64,000 nucleotides of DNA from contig OX597839.1 in NCBI GenBank assembly GCA_951406725.2, positions 17,918,001-17,982,000 on the forward strand. Direction: 5' to 3'. This stretch comes from Octopus vulgaris. Its lineage: Eukaryota. The notes beneath the pieces are model-generated. The model did no database searches. It worked only from the letters and a program-made list of their open reading frames with translations, and was not told the DNA's origin. Positions 52,586-64,000 of the stretch are shown here, piece by piece. Position 1 is the first letter of the stretch; each line of letters begins with the position of its first letter. The position numbers were made by a program, and so were the translations under genes.

Positions 52586-55500
52586 TACAAGTCAAAATTT
52601 TCTCACATTTTTTCAGACAGCTGACTCTACAGTATCCTTTATTTGCTTCCTCTTTATTTAAGATGATAGGGTCTGATCAGGAAAAGACTTGATTGTTATT
52701 TCAAGCCAGTTTCTGTGTTTGTCTCAGAATTCAGTTCAGGAACAAGAATAGATAAAAAAAAGTAAAGACAAAGGAGTATATATTTTGTTGTTTGGCTCTC
52801 AAGTTAGTCCGTCATTCTTTAATTTCCTCAGGAAATATATCTGATTGTGGGGAATGTGACCTTACTTGGAAACAGGTGAAAGATGCTGACAGGAAGGACA
52901 TCTGACCATAGAATATCTATCTCAACAAATTCTGTCTGACCCATACTAGCATGGGAAAGTGGACATCAAAACAATAGTGATGATGATGATAATGACTAAA
53001 CCAAAAAGGATTTGTTCACCACTCTAAAGATTCTGCTAATCCACTGTGTATCAGTTCACCCTAGTTTTGTTTGGGAGGGGGGTATTTTTTTTCTTCTTTT
53101 AAATGACTTCAGAACATTTGTGCATAAAATTATATTTTCATTGCACTAATCTAATTTGTGTCATTGCAGGACATCAATAACCTAATTATTTTTGTAACAA
53201 TCTTAAATTTATATAAATAGCCGCCAGGGAGCTTCTTATGAATTCATGACAACAGAACTTGTTACATTAGGCTAAATGACAAAAATGGTAAAATGCTAGA
53301 TTAGATAACAAATCTGGTAGAATGTTAGATTAATAACTCTCAAAGAATCTTAGATTAACTGACAGAATACTAGACAAAATGACAGAACTGGTATAATCCT
53401 AGATTTAACCCTTTAGCATGACTTCTAGATTATGGTTTCAATTCCTGGACTGGGCAGTGCATTGTGTTCTTGAGCAAAACCCTTCATTTCATGTTGCTCA
53501 ACTCCACTCAGCTAATGGTTAGGATGTTGCACTCATGACTTCTAGATTGTGGTTTCAATTCCTGGACTGGGCAGTGCATTGTGTTCTTGAGCAAAACCCT
53601 TCATTTCATGTTGCTCAACTCCACTCTTTATTCCATGGTTGCTGCAGTGCAGTCCACTCCTTTGCTAATGGTTATGATGTTAATGACTTCTAGATTGTGG
53701 TATCTGACTGGCAGGCTGTTCTTGAACTTCATTTCATGTTGCTCCAGCTAATGTTATGATGTTGACTGGACTGGGCAGTGCATTGTGTTCTTGTACAAAA
53801 CCATTCCATGTTGCTCAGTCCACTCCTTTGTAAATGAGTATCCTGTGACAGGGGAATGTTGTGATCTCAGACATTTATACCACCAGGGAAACCAGGTTAC
53901 TGTCCCAATGAATTCTAGAACTTGAGACAGTATGTCCAGGAGAATTTTACTCGACTATAACCTGAGATCAAATACAACCAAAGCTGACTTTACCTTACTC
54001 TTTTACTCTTTTACTTGTTTCAGTCAATTGACTGTGGCCATGCTGGAGCACCACCTTGCATAACTTTTGATACAAATAGTTGGTGCCTTTGTTTGTATCA
54101 AAAGTTTTGTTCTCATATTGGCCTACAATCAAAGGCATCCCAGCCATGACCAGACCAAATTTCTTTCTTGATTCAGTTATAGAGTATCCTAGACAGGTAT
54201 TAGTTGTTTTGGCACCATCTGTTTGATGTTCTTAATTCAACACCGATTCAACTCGATTCAACATGCCAAAATTATCAGCATCCATCCAGCTGTGCCCAAT
54301 CGTCTCATTCTATCCCAGACTACATATCCAATGAGTGCTTCCTTCTTTTTTTAGGACAATATATGGGTGCAGCAAAACTTCGCTGTTATTTCTAGCATGT
54401 CACATAACCTCATAGGGATTCCCTTGTAAACACCAGAGATGGATATTAGTTTAATCAACAAACCTTCCACCCTCCCTCTTATAAATATTTGGCCTTGTCT
54501 TAATGTGACTAATAATAATTATTATTATTATGATTGTCTTTTCCTCTACAATACATTACTACATTTTTTAGTTAACTGTAGAAAAGCATACTTTCCTTCT
54601 CTGTCTCTCCTTCTCTTCCTCTCTCTTTATTTCCTTCTATCTCCCTCCTTTTATCCCCCTCCACTTACCTTCATTTCTTTATCCCTCCTCCTTTTTCTCC
54701 TCTCCCTGTTTCCCACTCCCTTCATTTCTTTCTCTAAACCTCCCTCTCTTTATTTCCAACTTTATCTCTCCCTATCTTCCTCCTTCTATCTTCTTCCCTC
54801 TATCTTCCCCTTCTCTTTCATTTCTTTCTCCCCCCCTTCCTCTATTCCCCCTGCCTCTCTTCAGTTCTTTATCCCTCCCCCCTCTTTCTCCCTCTGTTCC
54901 CCATTTTCTTAATTTCTTTCTCTATACCTCTCTCTCTCTCCCTCTCTTCCTCCCTCCCACTCTTCATTTCATTCCCTACCCCTCCCTCCTCTTCTCTTTC
55001 TTCATTTCTTTCTCTCTTTCTTCCTTCCTTTGAGACTCCAATATTGAACAGAATAGAATTAGATAGCACAAATTGATGGCTGGCCACTGGTCAATATGAC
55101 ATGAGTGTGTGTGTGTGTGTGTGCATATGTTCATAATAGTGTATGTGTGCAGTAGTGTCTATGTGAGTAGGTGGTGTATATGATATGGCACTGGTATATA
55201 GTGTGTGTGTGTGTGTGTTTTCTGTAGAAATGACTGGTTTCACTCACAAAATTGGTAATGACCATCCAGTAAATAAATAAATAAAAACAAAAAATGCACA
55301 TATAAAAACTGCAATAAAAATAATAAACAGAAACCTCATATGCCATCCCGACACCCCACCACCTCACGCCACCACCACCCATCCCTCGGACAGACTGAGA
55401 AGGACTTAATCTGAGATCATATTGGAATAATATCAGAGTAATTTAGTCAGGAATGGTTTTAACGATGGTATCAGTAGTTGACTACATAAGGAGAGATCAG

Positions 55501-55940
55501 ATGGAAGAAGGGGGGGAGGAGGAGGGTGTGGTGGAAGTTAATAGGATTAGTGTGAGTTGTCCGGATGTGATACAAACCATGTGGTAATTGATTGGTGGGG
55601 GGTAGGAGGAGGAGAGGGTGGGGGAGGTAAGTGAAGAAACAAAGTTTGCAAGGACATTTCCTGGAGAGAAGAAATTTTCAAAAGTAAAAATGATGATGAT
55701 GATGACGATGATGATGGTTAGAAATATTAAGAGAGAAAGGAAGAAAAAATGGACAGGGACAAATACGATGAGACAACAGAAGATAAGGGGGTGGCAGTGG
55801 CAGTGGTGGTAGTAATTGAGGTTTGTGGTATTAATAGTGGTGGGTCAGTCATAAAAATATAGGATTAAATCATCTGGACCCTTACCTTATTTTGCTCTCG
55901 TGGGTTTTAACTTATTTGTTATCATATTTCTGTTGAAATA

Positions 55941-56148
55941 ACCCTGGAGAAGGACATCATGCTCGGAATGGTCAATGGCAAGAGAGGAAGAGGCCGACCA
56001 AGAACCTGCTGGCTTGACACCATCAAGAGTGATACCGGAATGGACATAGCCAATCTGAAAGAAGTGGCCCAGGATAGAACTGACTGGTGGACACTGATCC
56101 AATGAGTGACCAAGAGTCAACTTCGACTGAGTGGATAGATAGATAGAT
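55941..56148 (+). mobile_element. RTE LINE 3' end with (GATA)n tail
   Basis: LEKDIMLGMVNGKRGRGRPRTCWLDTIKSDTGMDIANLKEVAQDRTDWW followed by GATAGATAGATA; 5'-truncated. Confidence 0.85.
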
Positions 56149-56369
56149 AATTAATTTTCAAAATAACAAAGTATTAAGTAAAATAATTTTATCGTCGTTA
56201 AGTTTTGAACATAAATTAACCCTCTAGCATTGAAACTGGCCCCTTATCAGGCCCAAATATTCTACCTGCTTTATGTTCAAACTGGCGAGAGCCCTTTGCA
56301 CCTACTCTACAATATCATTCTGAATAAACATAAGCAGTCATATCACTGAAATCTCAAGGCTACAAGATA

Positions 56370-56710
56370 GGGTGAAGGGTAAAGACTCCCTTCAGTCATA
56401 AGTGACCATAGGATTGCTCCTAGAAAGTTTCCCTCTGAGGTACAAGTCTGAGCAAGGTTGTTTATGAAAGACCAGCAGTCACCCATGCATATCAACCTCT
56501 CCTCTCCATGCCACCAGTGTTATCCAAGGAAAAGGCAAAGGCCAATACAGCTTGGCACCAGTGATGTCATGACTCATTTTTAAAGCTGAGTGTGTAGGAG
56601 CAACATGAAATAAAATGTCTTGCTCAAGAACGCAACACACAACCCAGCCCGAGAATCAAATTCTACCTCATGATTGTGAGCCCAACACTCTAATCATTGA
56701 GCCAAATGCT
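56370..56710 (-). mobile_element. Further tRNA-derived SINE family (head shared with ~62820-63040 and the 53410 tandem)
   Basis: Minus-strand TGGCTCAATGATTAGAGTG head and GTG.GTTCTTGAGCAAGACA.TTTATTTCA body. Confidence 0.65.
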
Positions 56711-56944
56711 GTCACAGTTTAATCTATAATCCAGTTTAATACAACCACCTCCACTTTGTCCCTTGAAGTGTGATGGGTTTCAGCATAGCCTTAGTGGAGT
56801 AGACTTAATCTATTGCTTAGTTTAATGTCACCTCATGCACCATCAGGCCTTAGGGTGTCTCAAGCAAAGTCCTCTGGGGATAATAGACCTAATCTGTTCC
56901 ATTTTAGCATCACAGCCACTACCTGATCCTTGGACTGGACAATT

Positions 56945-56989
56945 GTCATGCTGATGACAGCTATTGAGCTAGAAACATGTCCCTGTGAC
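56945..56989 (+). ncRNA. Minimal type I hammerhead ribozyme motif
   Basis: gtcatg-CTGATGA-cagc(tattga)gcta-GAAA-catg-TC-cctgtgac; palindromic stem III ACATGT, GUC triplet, bulged stem I. Confidence 0.6.
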
Positions 56990-57725
56990 TGTCCTCTTAT
57001 CTCAAGACAATAAGCCCGTCATTTCCTTTAACGGCACTTCAACTTTGGAGAATTCTTGAGATCATCTCCCATTCTCATAGAGCTGTTCTCAATTGCTGAG
57101 ACACATTCTCTAGAAGTGGAGGTCATTTTAATAAGTCATTAACTTATGTTGTATAGTATTTGATATACCTGCATTTGTTTATGTTTTTCAAATACATGTC
57201 ACTGACCACTCTGAGTGGTCTTAGCTCATTTTTGTTTAAATCATGCAAACACCTGGGCCATAAATGTATTGTACTCTTTTTTGTACGAGTCTAACTCCCT
57301 TGGCTTCTAGTTCATGGGCGTTTTTAGCAAAATCCTTTTTCTTTTTACCTTTATAATCATCTAGACCGTATCCCGTATCTAAATCTTGTGGTATAGCATC
57401 AGACTACAACAAAACAAGTATCATTGTTTCTTCCTTTCTTTTTCCTCTGAATCATCACCTCAGAGACGCCCACTAAAATACCTTTTATTTCTTATCCATT
57501 AACTGTTTCAATCATTAGGCTTTTGCCATGCTGGAGCACCATCTGGAAGAATTTTTTGATTGAATGAATCAAGCTCAGTACTTTGTTTTGTTTTTCTTTT
57601 AATCCTGGTACTTATTCTCTCTGTCTCTTTTGTTGAGGCGCTCTGTTAAGGGGACATAAACATACCAACACCAGTTGACAAGTGGTGGTGGGGAACAAAG
57701 ACAGACACAAAAACACACACATAGG

Positions 57726-57788
<63 letters not shown>

Positions 57789-58943
57789 GTATATATATAT
57801 ATATATATATACGATGGGCTTCTTTCAGTTTCCATCTACCCAATCCATTTACAAGGCTTTGGTTGGCCTGAGGCTATAGTACAAGACATTTGCCCAAGGT
57901 GCCACGCAGTAGAACTGAACTTGGAACCATGTGATTGGGAAGCACACTTCATACCACACAACCATGCATGCACCTATATGTATGTAAAAAAAAAAAAAGC
58001 AAACACCAAAAGAAAACAGTAGGATTGAACCCACAACCATATGGTTGTAAAGTGAATTCCTTAATAGCACAAGCATGGCCTGTGTGCATTATCATCATCA
58101 TTATTTTGGTGTCTAGTTTCCCAGAAATTCATTAAATATAGATTTTCTTCAGCTGATGTATAAGCACAACACATTCTTAGCAACCATATGGAAGGGGCAG
58201 TAGTTCTAAATAGGAACTGACTTAAATACAATGACCCATCCAGCATCCACCAGCATGGAAAGCACACAAACGATGATGATGATGATAATGAGAAAGAGGA
58301 GGAGGATGTGGCTGTTGGATGTGTATGTGTGCGTGTGGACACACAGAGCAACAGCTACAGTTCTTGTCATAAAATGGTATTTTCACATTGTCGATATATT
58401 AATAAAAATTAAATGTGATCAATTTCTACAAACACACATATACATATATACATGCACATATAAATACATATACATGTACATACACATACACATATTTATA
58501 TACATATATGCATATATATATATATATATATATATAAACACATATACATGTACATACACACACACATATACATATTTATATACATATATGCATATACAGA
58601 CAATCCATATACATGATTACACACACACATACAAATATATTTACAACTTTATAATCATGAATGGCTGCTGATTTTTCAGATTATGTAAAATAATCCTTCC
58701 AGCTCAACCATGGAAACTATTTTATCAGCTAAACTAATTAAGATATGTTACAAATAAGACAGCTCACTAAATCCCTCTTAAATAGACTGAAACATTTAAT
58801 TAGTTTACTGAGTAAAAAGTATGAAAAGATAAACGTTGGAAAAATATCATTTAGATTTTAACTGTCTCCTCTTTTAACCCTTTCCAATAAGCTAAATCGT
58901 TATCATGCCTGGAAAAATGCTCAGCAGTATTTATCCTGACTCA

Positions 58944-59170
58944 AGGTGGTGAGCTGGCAGAAACGTTAGCACGCCGGGCAAAATGCTTAGCGGTATTTCG
59001 TCTGTTGTTACGTTCTGAGTTCAAATTCCGCCGAGGTCAACTTTGCCTTTCATCCTTTTGGGGTCGATAAATTAAGTACCAGTTATGCATTGGGGTCAAT
59101 GTTATCCGTTTGTCTGTCCTTGTTTGTCCCCTCTGTGTTTAGCCCCTTGCGGGTAGTAAAGAAATAGGTA
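58944..59170 (+). mobile_element. SINE family B copy (young), inserted into an older family B copy
   Basis: Matches 46706-46941; flanked by a duplicated GTATTTATCCTGACT (58928-58942 and 59169-59183). Confidence 0.88.
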
Positions 59171-59280
59171 TTTATCCTGACTTTATGTTCTGAGTCCAGA
59201 TGCACTTTGCATCCTTTCTGGGTTGATAAAATAAGTACCAGTAAAACACTGGAGTCGATGTAATCACCCTCCTTTGAAAC

Positions 59281-59328
<48 letters not shown>

Positions 59329-60227
59329 GGCAACAAGCTGGCAGAATCATGAGCAAGCTGGACCAAATGCTTAGCAGAATTCATTTTGGCTCTTTAATTC
59401 TGAGTCCAGTGTTGACATCAGTTCTAGGATCAATGTAATCAACTTACCCACTCCCCCTAAAATTGCTGGCCTTGAGCAAAAATTTGAAACTATTAATATT
59501 ATTATCATTATTGAGAGAGCAGCACAAGCCATCAAAGTGACACTGGGGTAAAATATATGACACCCAATATACCCATCATGACTACCTATCTGATAAGAGT
59601 ACACCAGGCAACACAATCATATGTGCACAACATGATGAGCTTATATCAAGATAAACAGCATATGACCTTGCAGGTGGGGCCCAGTTACAGTTTTCTTCAG
59701 GTCGAGTAGCCCATCCCACTCAAAAGGTCCCTAAATAAGGTTTGTTTAAGGATGATGAACAAAACACCCATGTCTCCAGAGGTGAATTATTCAAATCCTA
59801 AAGAATTCCTCTCAACACATGGCTATGATGCTCCCCCACTACTTCTACTTATGATCAGAGATGCACATATCATCAGCCACTAAGGGACATGCTCAGTTGG
59901 TTGAAGTCAAGCAACTGACAAGCAAATCTGTGGTATGGAGCAGAATATTTGCTGTAGCTCATCTTTTATACCAAGACAAAACATTGTATATGATAACACT
60001 TCCAATCAGTTAAGATTAAAAGCCATGAGAGCCAGTGCTTAGTATTGCATTATTATTATTATTAATATTATTATTATTATTATTATTGCATAAAGTTTCC
60101 CCTGACCCCACTCAGGGTCCATAGTCTCACAAGGTGCATGGAAACCTCACTAGTGCTGGTAGCAGGAAAAAAAGTACTCTGTACATGCTGTAAAGTGGTT
60201 AGCATTAGGAAGGGCATCCAACAGTTA

Positions 60228-61080
60228 AGGTGGTAAGCTGGTAGAATTGTTAGCGTGCTGGGTGAAATGCTTAGTGGTATTTCGTCCGTCTTCATGTTCT
60301 TGAGTTCAAATACTGCTGAGATCAACCTTGCCTTTCAACCTTTTGGGGTCCCCACCCCCAAAATTTCAGGCCTTGTACCCAAGTTAAAAAGTATTATTAT
60401 TATTGTTATTGGCAGCAAGCTGGCAGAATTGTTTGCATGCCTTACAAAATTCTTGGCAGTATTTCTTCTGGCTTCATATTTTGTACTCAAATTCCACTGG
60501 GGTCAACTTTGCCTTTTATTCTTTCAGGGTTGATAAAATAAGTGCCAGTTGAGCACTGGGGATGGTGTAAATGAGAAACTCCCACCTCCAAAATTTCAGC
60601 CCTTATTCCTATAATAGAAAGGTAGCAAGCTGGTAGAACCATCAACATTTCAGACATAATGCATAGTGGCATCTTTTCTGGCTCTTTATGTCCTGAGTTT
60701 AAATTCAGCCGAGATCAACTTTGCTTTCCATCCTTTCAGAGTTGATAAAATAAGTACCAGTTAAGCACTACCAAAAAACTTTCAGGCATAGTGTCTATAA
60801 TAGAAAGAATTATTTAAGGTGCTGAGCTGGTAGAATCATTACCACTTCAGACATAACACTTCCTCTTTTACTCTTTTATTTGTTTCAGTCATTTGATTGT
60901 GGCCATGCTGGAGCACTGCTTCTTAGTCAAACAAATCAACCCCAGAACTTATTCTTTATAAGCCTAGTACTTATTCTATTGGCCTCTTTTGCTGAACTAC
61001 TAAGTTATGGGAACATAAACACACTAACATCAGTTGTCAAGCAATGGTAGGAGGACAAACACAGACACAAAAACATTTAC

Positions 61081-61112
<32 letters not shown>

Positions 61113-61660
61113 GATGGGTTTCTTTCAGTTTCCATCTACCAAATCCACTCACAAGGCTTTGGTCAGCCCAAAGCTATAGTAGAAGACACTTGCCCAAGGT
61201 GCCAGGCAGTGGGACTGAACCTGGAGCCATGTGGTTGGTAAGCAAGCTACTTACTCCACAGCCACTTCTGCACCTAGCAGCAATTTTAAAAAACTTTCAG
61301 GCCTTGTGCTCATAGCAGAAAGAATCATCATCATCATCATCATCATCATCATGAAAGTAAGAAGCTGGCAGAATCATAAGCACTTCAGACATAATGCTTA
61401 ACAACAATCTTTCCAGCTCTTTACATTCTGAGTTTGAATTCTGCCTTGATCAACTTTGCTTTCCATCCTTTTGGGATCGATAAAATAAGTACCAGTTGAG
61501 CACTGGGGTCATTTTAATTCATTAGCCCCTCCCCCAAACATTCAGGCCCTTGTGTTCATAGCAGAAAGGATCATCATCATCATGATGAAGGTAGCAAGCT
61601 GGTAGAATCGTTAGCATGTCAGACAAATTACTTAGCAGCATTCCTTGTAACTCTTTATGG
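60228..61660 (+). repeat. Array of ~6 family B SINEs
   Basis: Repeated AAGCTGG(C/T)AGAA heads and AATTTCAGGCC tails. Confidence 0.8.
60863..61276 (-). mobile_element. SINE family A copy
   Basis: Full-length reverse complement nested within a family B array. Confidence 0.85.
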
Positions 61661-62112
61661 TATGTCTGTCTGTCTATGCATGTTAATGATAAAGCAAACA
61701 TCCATGGTGGAACTAATGAGAAATCTACAGCTACAAAACCTGGACTGTAACTTTTGATTTACACCTGTAATTATTGGGAGTCATTTGGTTATGTAATTAA
61801 CTGCCTCATTACCAGTCTTAAAAATTTGAGTTCCACAAAATTAGGAAGGACATGGCTAATTAGAATTAGAGTAGAAGTACTAGTTATTAATAGAACTACT
61901 AGGAATTCATGTAAAACATTCCAGATGTGTAACACTGAAGGATGTAGACATAAGTATACACATAGAGATTTATGTAATGTGTGTGTGTGTGTCAGAATGT
62001 AGAGATTCACATATGTAAAGCCATGCATGCATAAAAACATGCATGGTCACAAATATGTAAGTGTGAAGGGTAGTTATATCACTGTGTGTATGTGCATATC
62101 TGTCTCTCTCTC

Positions 62113-62155
<43 letters not shown>

Positions 62156-63619
62156 TGGATGATGATATCTAAATCCAATGGAGGAGCATTGTTTGTTGAT
62201 TGAAGACTTTTTGATGAGAAATTTGAGAAATGAAATAGGAACTGATATATAAAAATAAAATTATATATTAGCAATCACACACAAACTGTATGTGTATGTA
62301 TGTATACTCTTTTACTTGTTTCAGTCATTTGACTGTGGCCATGCTGGAGCATTGCCTTTAGTCGAGCGAATCGACCCCAGGACTTATTCTTTGTAAGCCT
62401 AGTACTTATTTTATCAGTCACTTTTGCCGAACCGCTAAGTTACGGGGATGTATGTGTGTGTCTTTTATCTCTGTAGCTTGTTTCTTTTCATTGGACTGTG
62501 GCCATGCTGTGTCTGCCTTCAAGGGCTTTTAGTCGAACAGATCGATGCTGGCATTTATTTTAATGTCTGGTACTTGGCCTGTCAGTATCTTAAGCCACAC
62601 TATTAAGTTACAGGGATGTAAACTAACTAACACCAGTTACCAAGTAGTGGTGTTGAGAGACACACACAAACTGGCTTTTTCCCATTTCCATCTATCAAAT
62701 CCACTTGAAAGTTTTTGGTTAATCCAGGGCTTATAGTAGAAGCAATGCACATGTGCAAAGAGAGCTGCAACCATGCATTTAAGAAAGCTATTCATTTAGA
62801 TCAAAAGGATCAAACCCTAGGCTCGTAACAAGTTTCCTGGACTCTGTGGCATATATATCCCCTTCTGGACAGGATGCCAGCCCATCACAGGATTACTCAT
62901 TTTTATCAGTTGAATGGACTGAAGCAACATGAAATGAACTGTTTTATTCTTGAACACAATGCATTGCCTGGTCCAGGAATTGAAGCCACAATCCTATGAT
63001 CATGAATGCAACACCCTGAACTCTAAGCTATGCACCTCTACTTATGCATACATACAAGATATTGGTTTCAAATTTTGGCACAAGGCCAAAAATTCTGTGG
63101 GAGGGGGTAAGTTGATTTCATTGTCCCCAGTACTCAACTGGTACTTGTTTTATTGACCCCCAGCAGAATGAAAAGCAAAGTCAACTCTTGTTGATAGCAT
63201 CTGAACTCAAAAGACTGAAGAAATGCTACTAAGCATTTTGTCCGGCATGTTAATACTTCTGCCAGCTCGACACATAAAAAATATTAACACACATATCTAC
63301 AAAACTATATATATGTATATATATATAGGGGGAGAGTTTACGAAAAAAAAAAGACGAAGACAGATGGTGTAGAAAACAAACCGATGTATTGGTATAACGC
63401 TCAGGAATAGAAAAAGTCTTTTACGTTTCGAGCCTACGCTCTTCTACAGAAAGGGACACAGAAAACACACACACACACACGTGCATAAAATAATATACAC
63501 ACATAGAAAACTACATCATATGAACAAAAATATACTTAGAAACTATACATTAACACAAATATGCTTTCAACAATACATACAAACAAAATTATGTGAACTA
63601 ACACACATACATATAGATG

Positions 63620-64000
63620 TAGGCACAGACATGGCTGTGTGGTAAGAAGCTTGCTACCTAACCACATGGTTCCAGATTCAGTCCCACTGCAGGCACCTTG
63701 GGCAAGTATCACCTACTATAGCCACAGGTTGACCAAAAGTGGATTTGGTAGATGGAAATTGAAAAAGGTCTGTCTTTGTGTGTGTGTATGTGTGTGTGTG
63801 TGTGTGTCCAACTACCACTTGACAACTAGTGTTGGTGTATTTATATCCCTGTAACTTAGCAGTTCATCAAAAGAGACTGATAGAATAAGTACCAGGCTTA
63901 AAATAAATAAGTACTGGGATAGAATCATTTGACTAAAAATTCTTCACATCAGTGCTCCAGCATGACCACAATCTAATGACTGAACAAGTGAGAGATAAAA
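63620..64000 (+). mobile_element. SINE family A copy (older)
   Basis: Head TAGGCACAGACATGGCTGTGTGG through to ...GACTGAACAAGT tail. Confidence 0.8.

Noticed and set aside
57369-57392. Loose resemblance to miR-100/miR-10 (CCCGTA...CTTGTG)
   Set aside because: Many internal mismatches and no complementary star arm nearby
56720-57450. Possible LINE ORF1 relic on the minus strand (ITLQGTKVEVVV)
   Set aside because: Only a short suggestive peptide amid many stops; not supportable without a search

Overview
AT-rich, repeat-saturated animal nuclear DNA, almost certainly cephalopod (Octopus-like). This rests on a mollusc-type mitochondrial 16S insert and on SINE families resembling octopus tRNA-derived SINEs. 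No intact host protein-coding gene can be recognised; nearly all supplied ORFs are translations of microsatellites or SINEs. Supported content: dozens of SINE copies from at least three families, one forming head-to-tail (AAT)n-spaced arrays; RTE-clade LINE fragments; mariner/Tc1 relics; a TTAA-flanked, internally deleted piggyBac; piggyBac-, hAT- and Merlin-like MITEs; a complete non-autonomous Helitron; and a 16S rRNA NUMT. The most notable hidden layer is about a dozen minimal hammerhead-ribozyme motifs, mostly in Penelope-like repeat ends and often inside long hairpins. One multi-copy family has a shared non-canonical core (CUGUnGA). Several long inverted repeats, some with perfectly matching cores, and several isolated minus-strand exon-like segments suggest the window is intronic or 5' region of a large minus-strand gene. 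Repeat boundaries were read by eye and are approximate.
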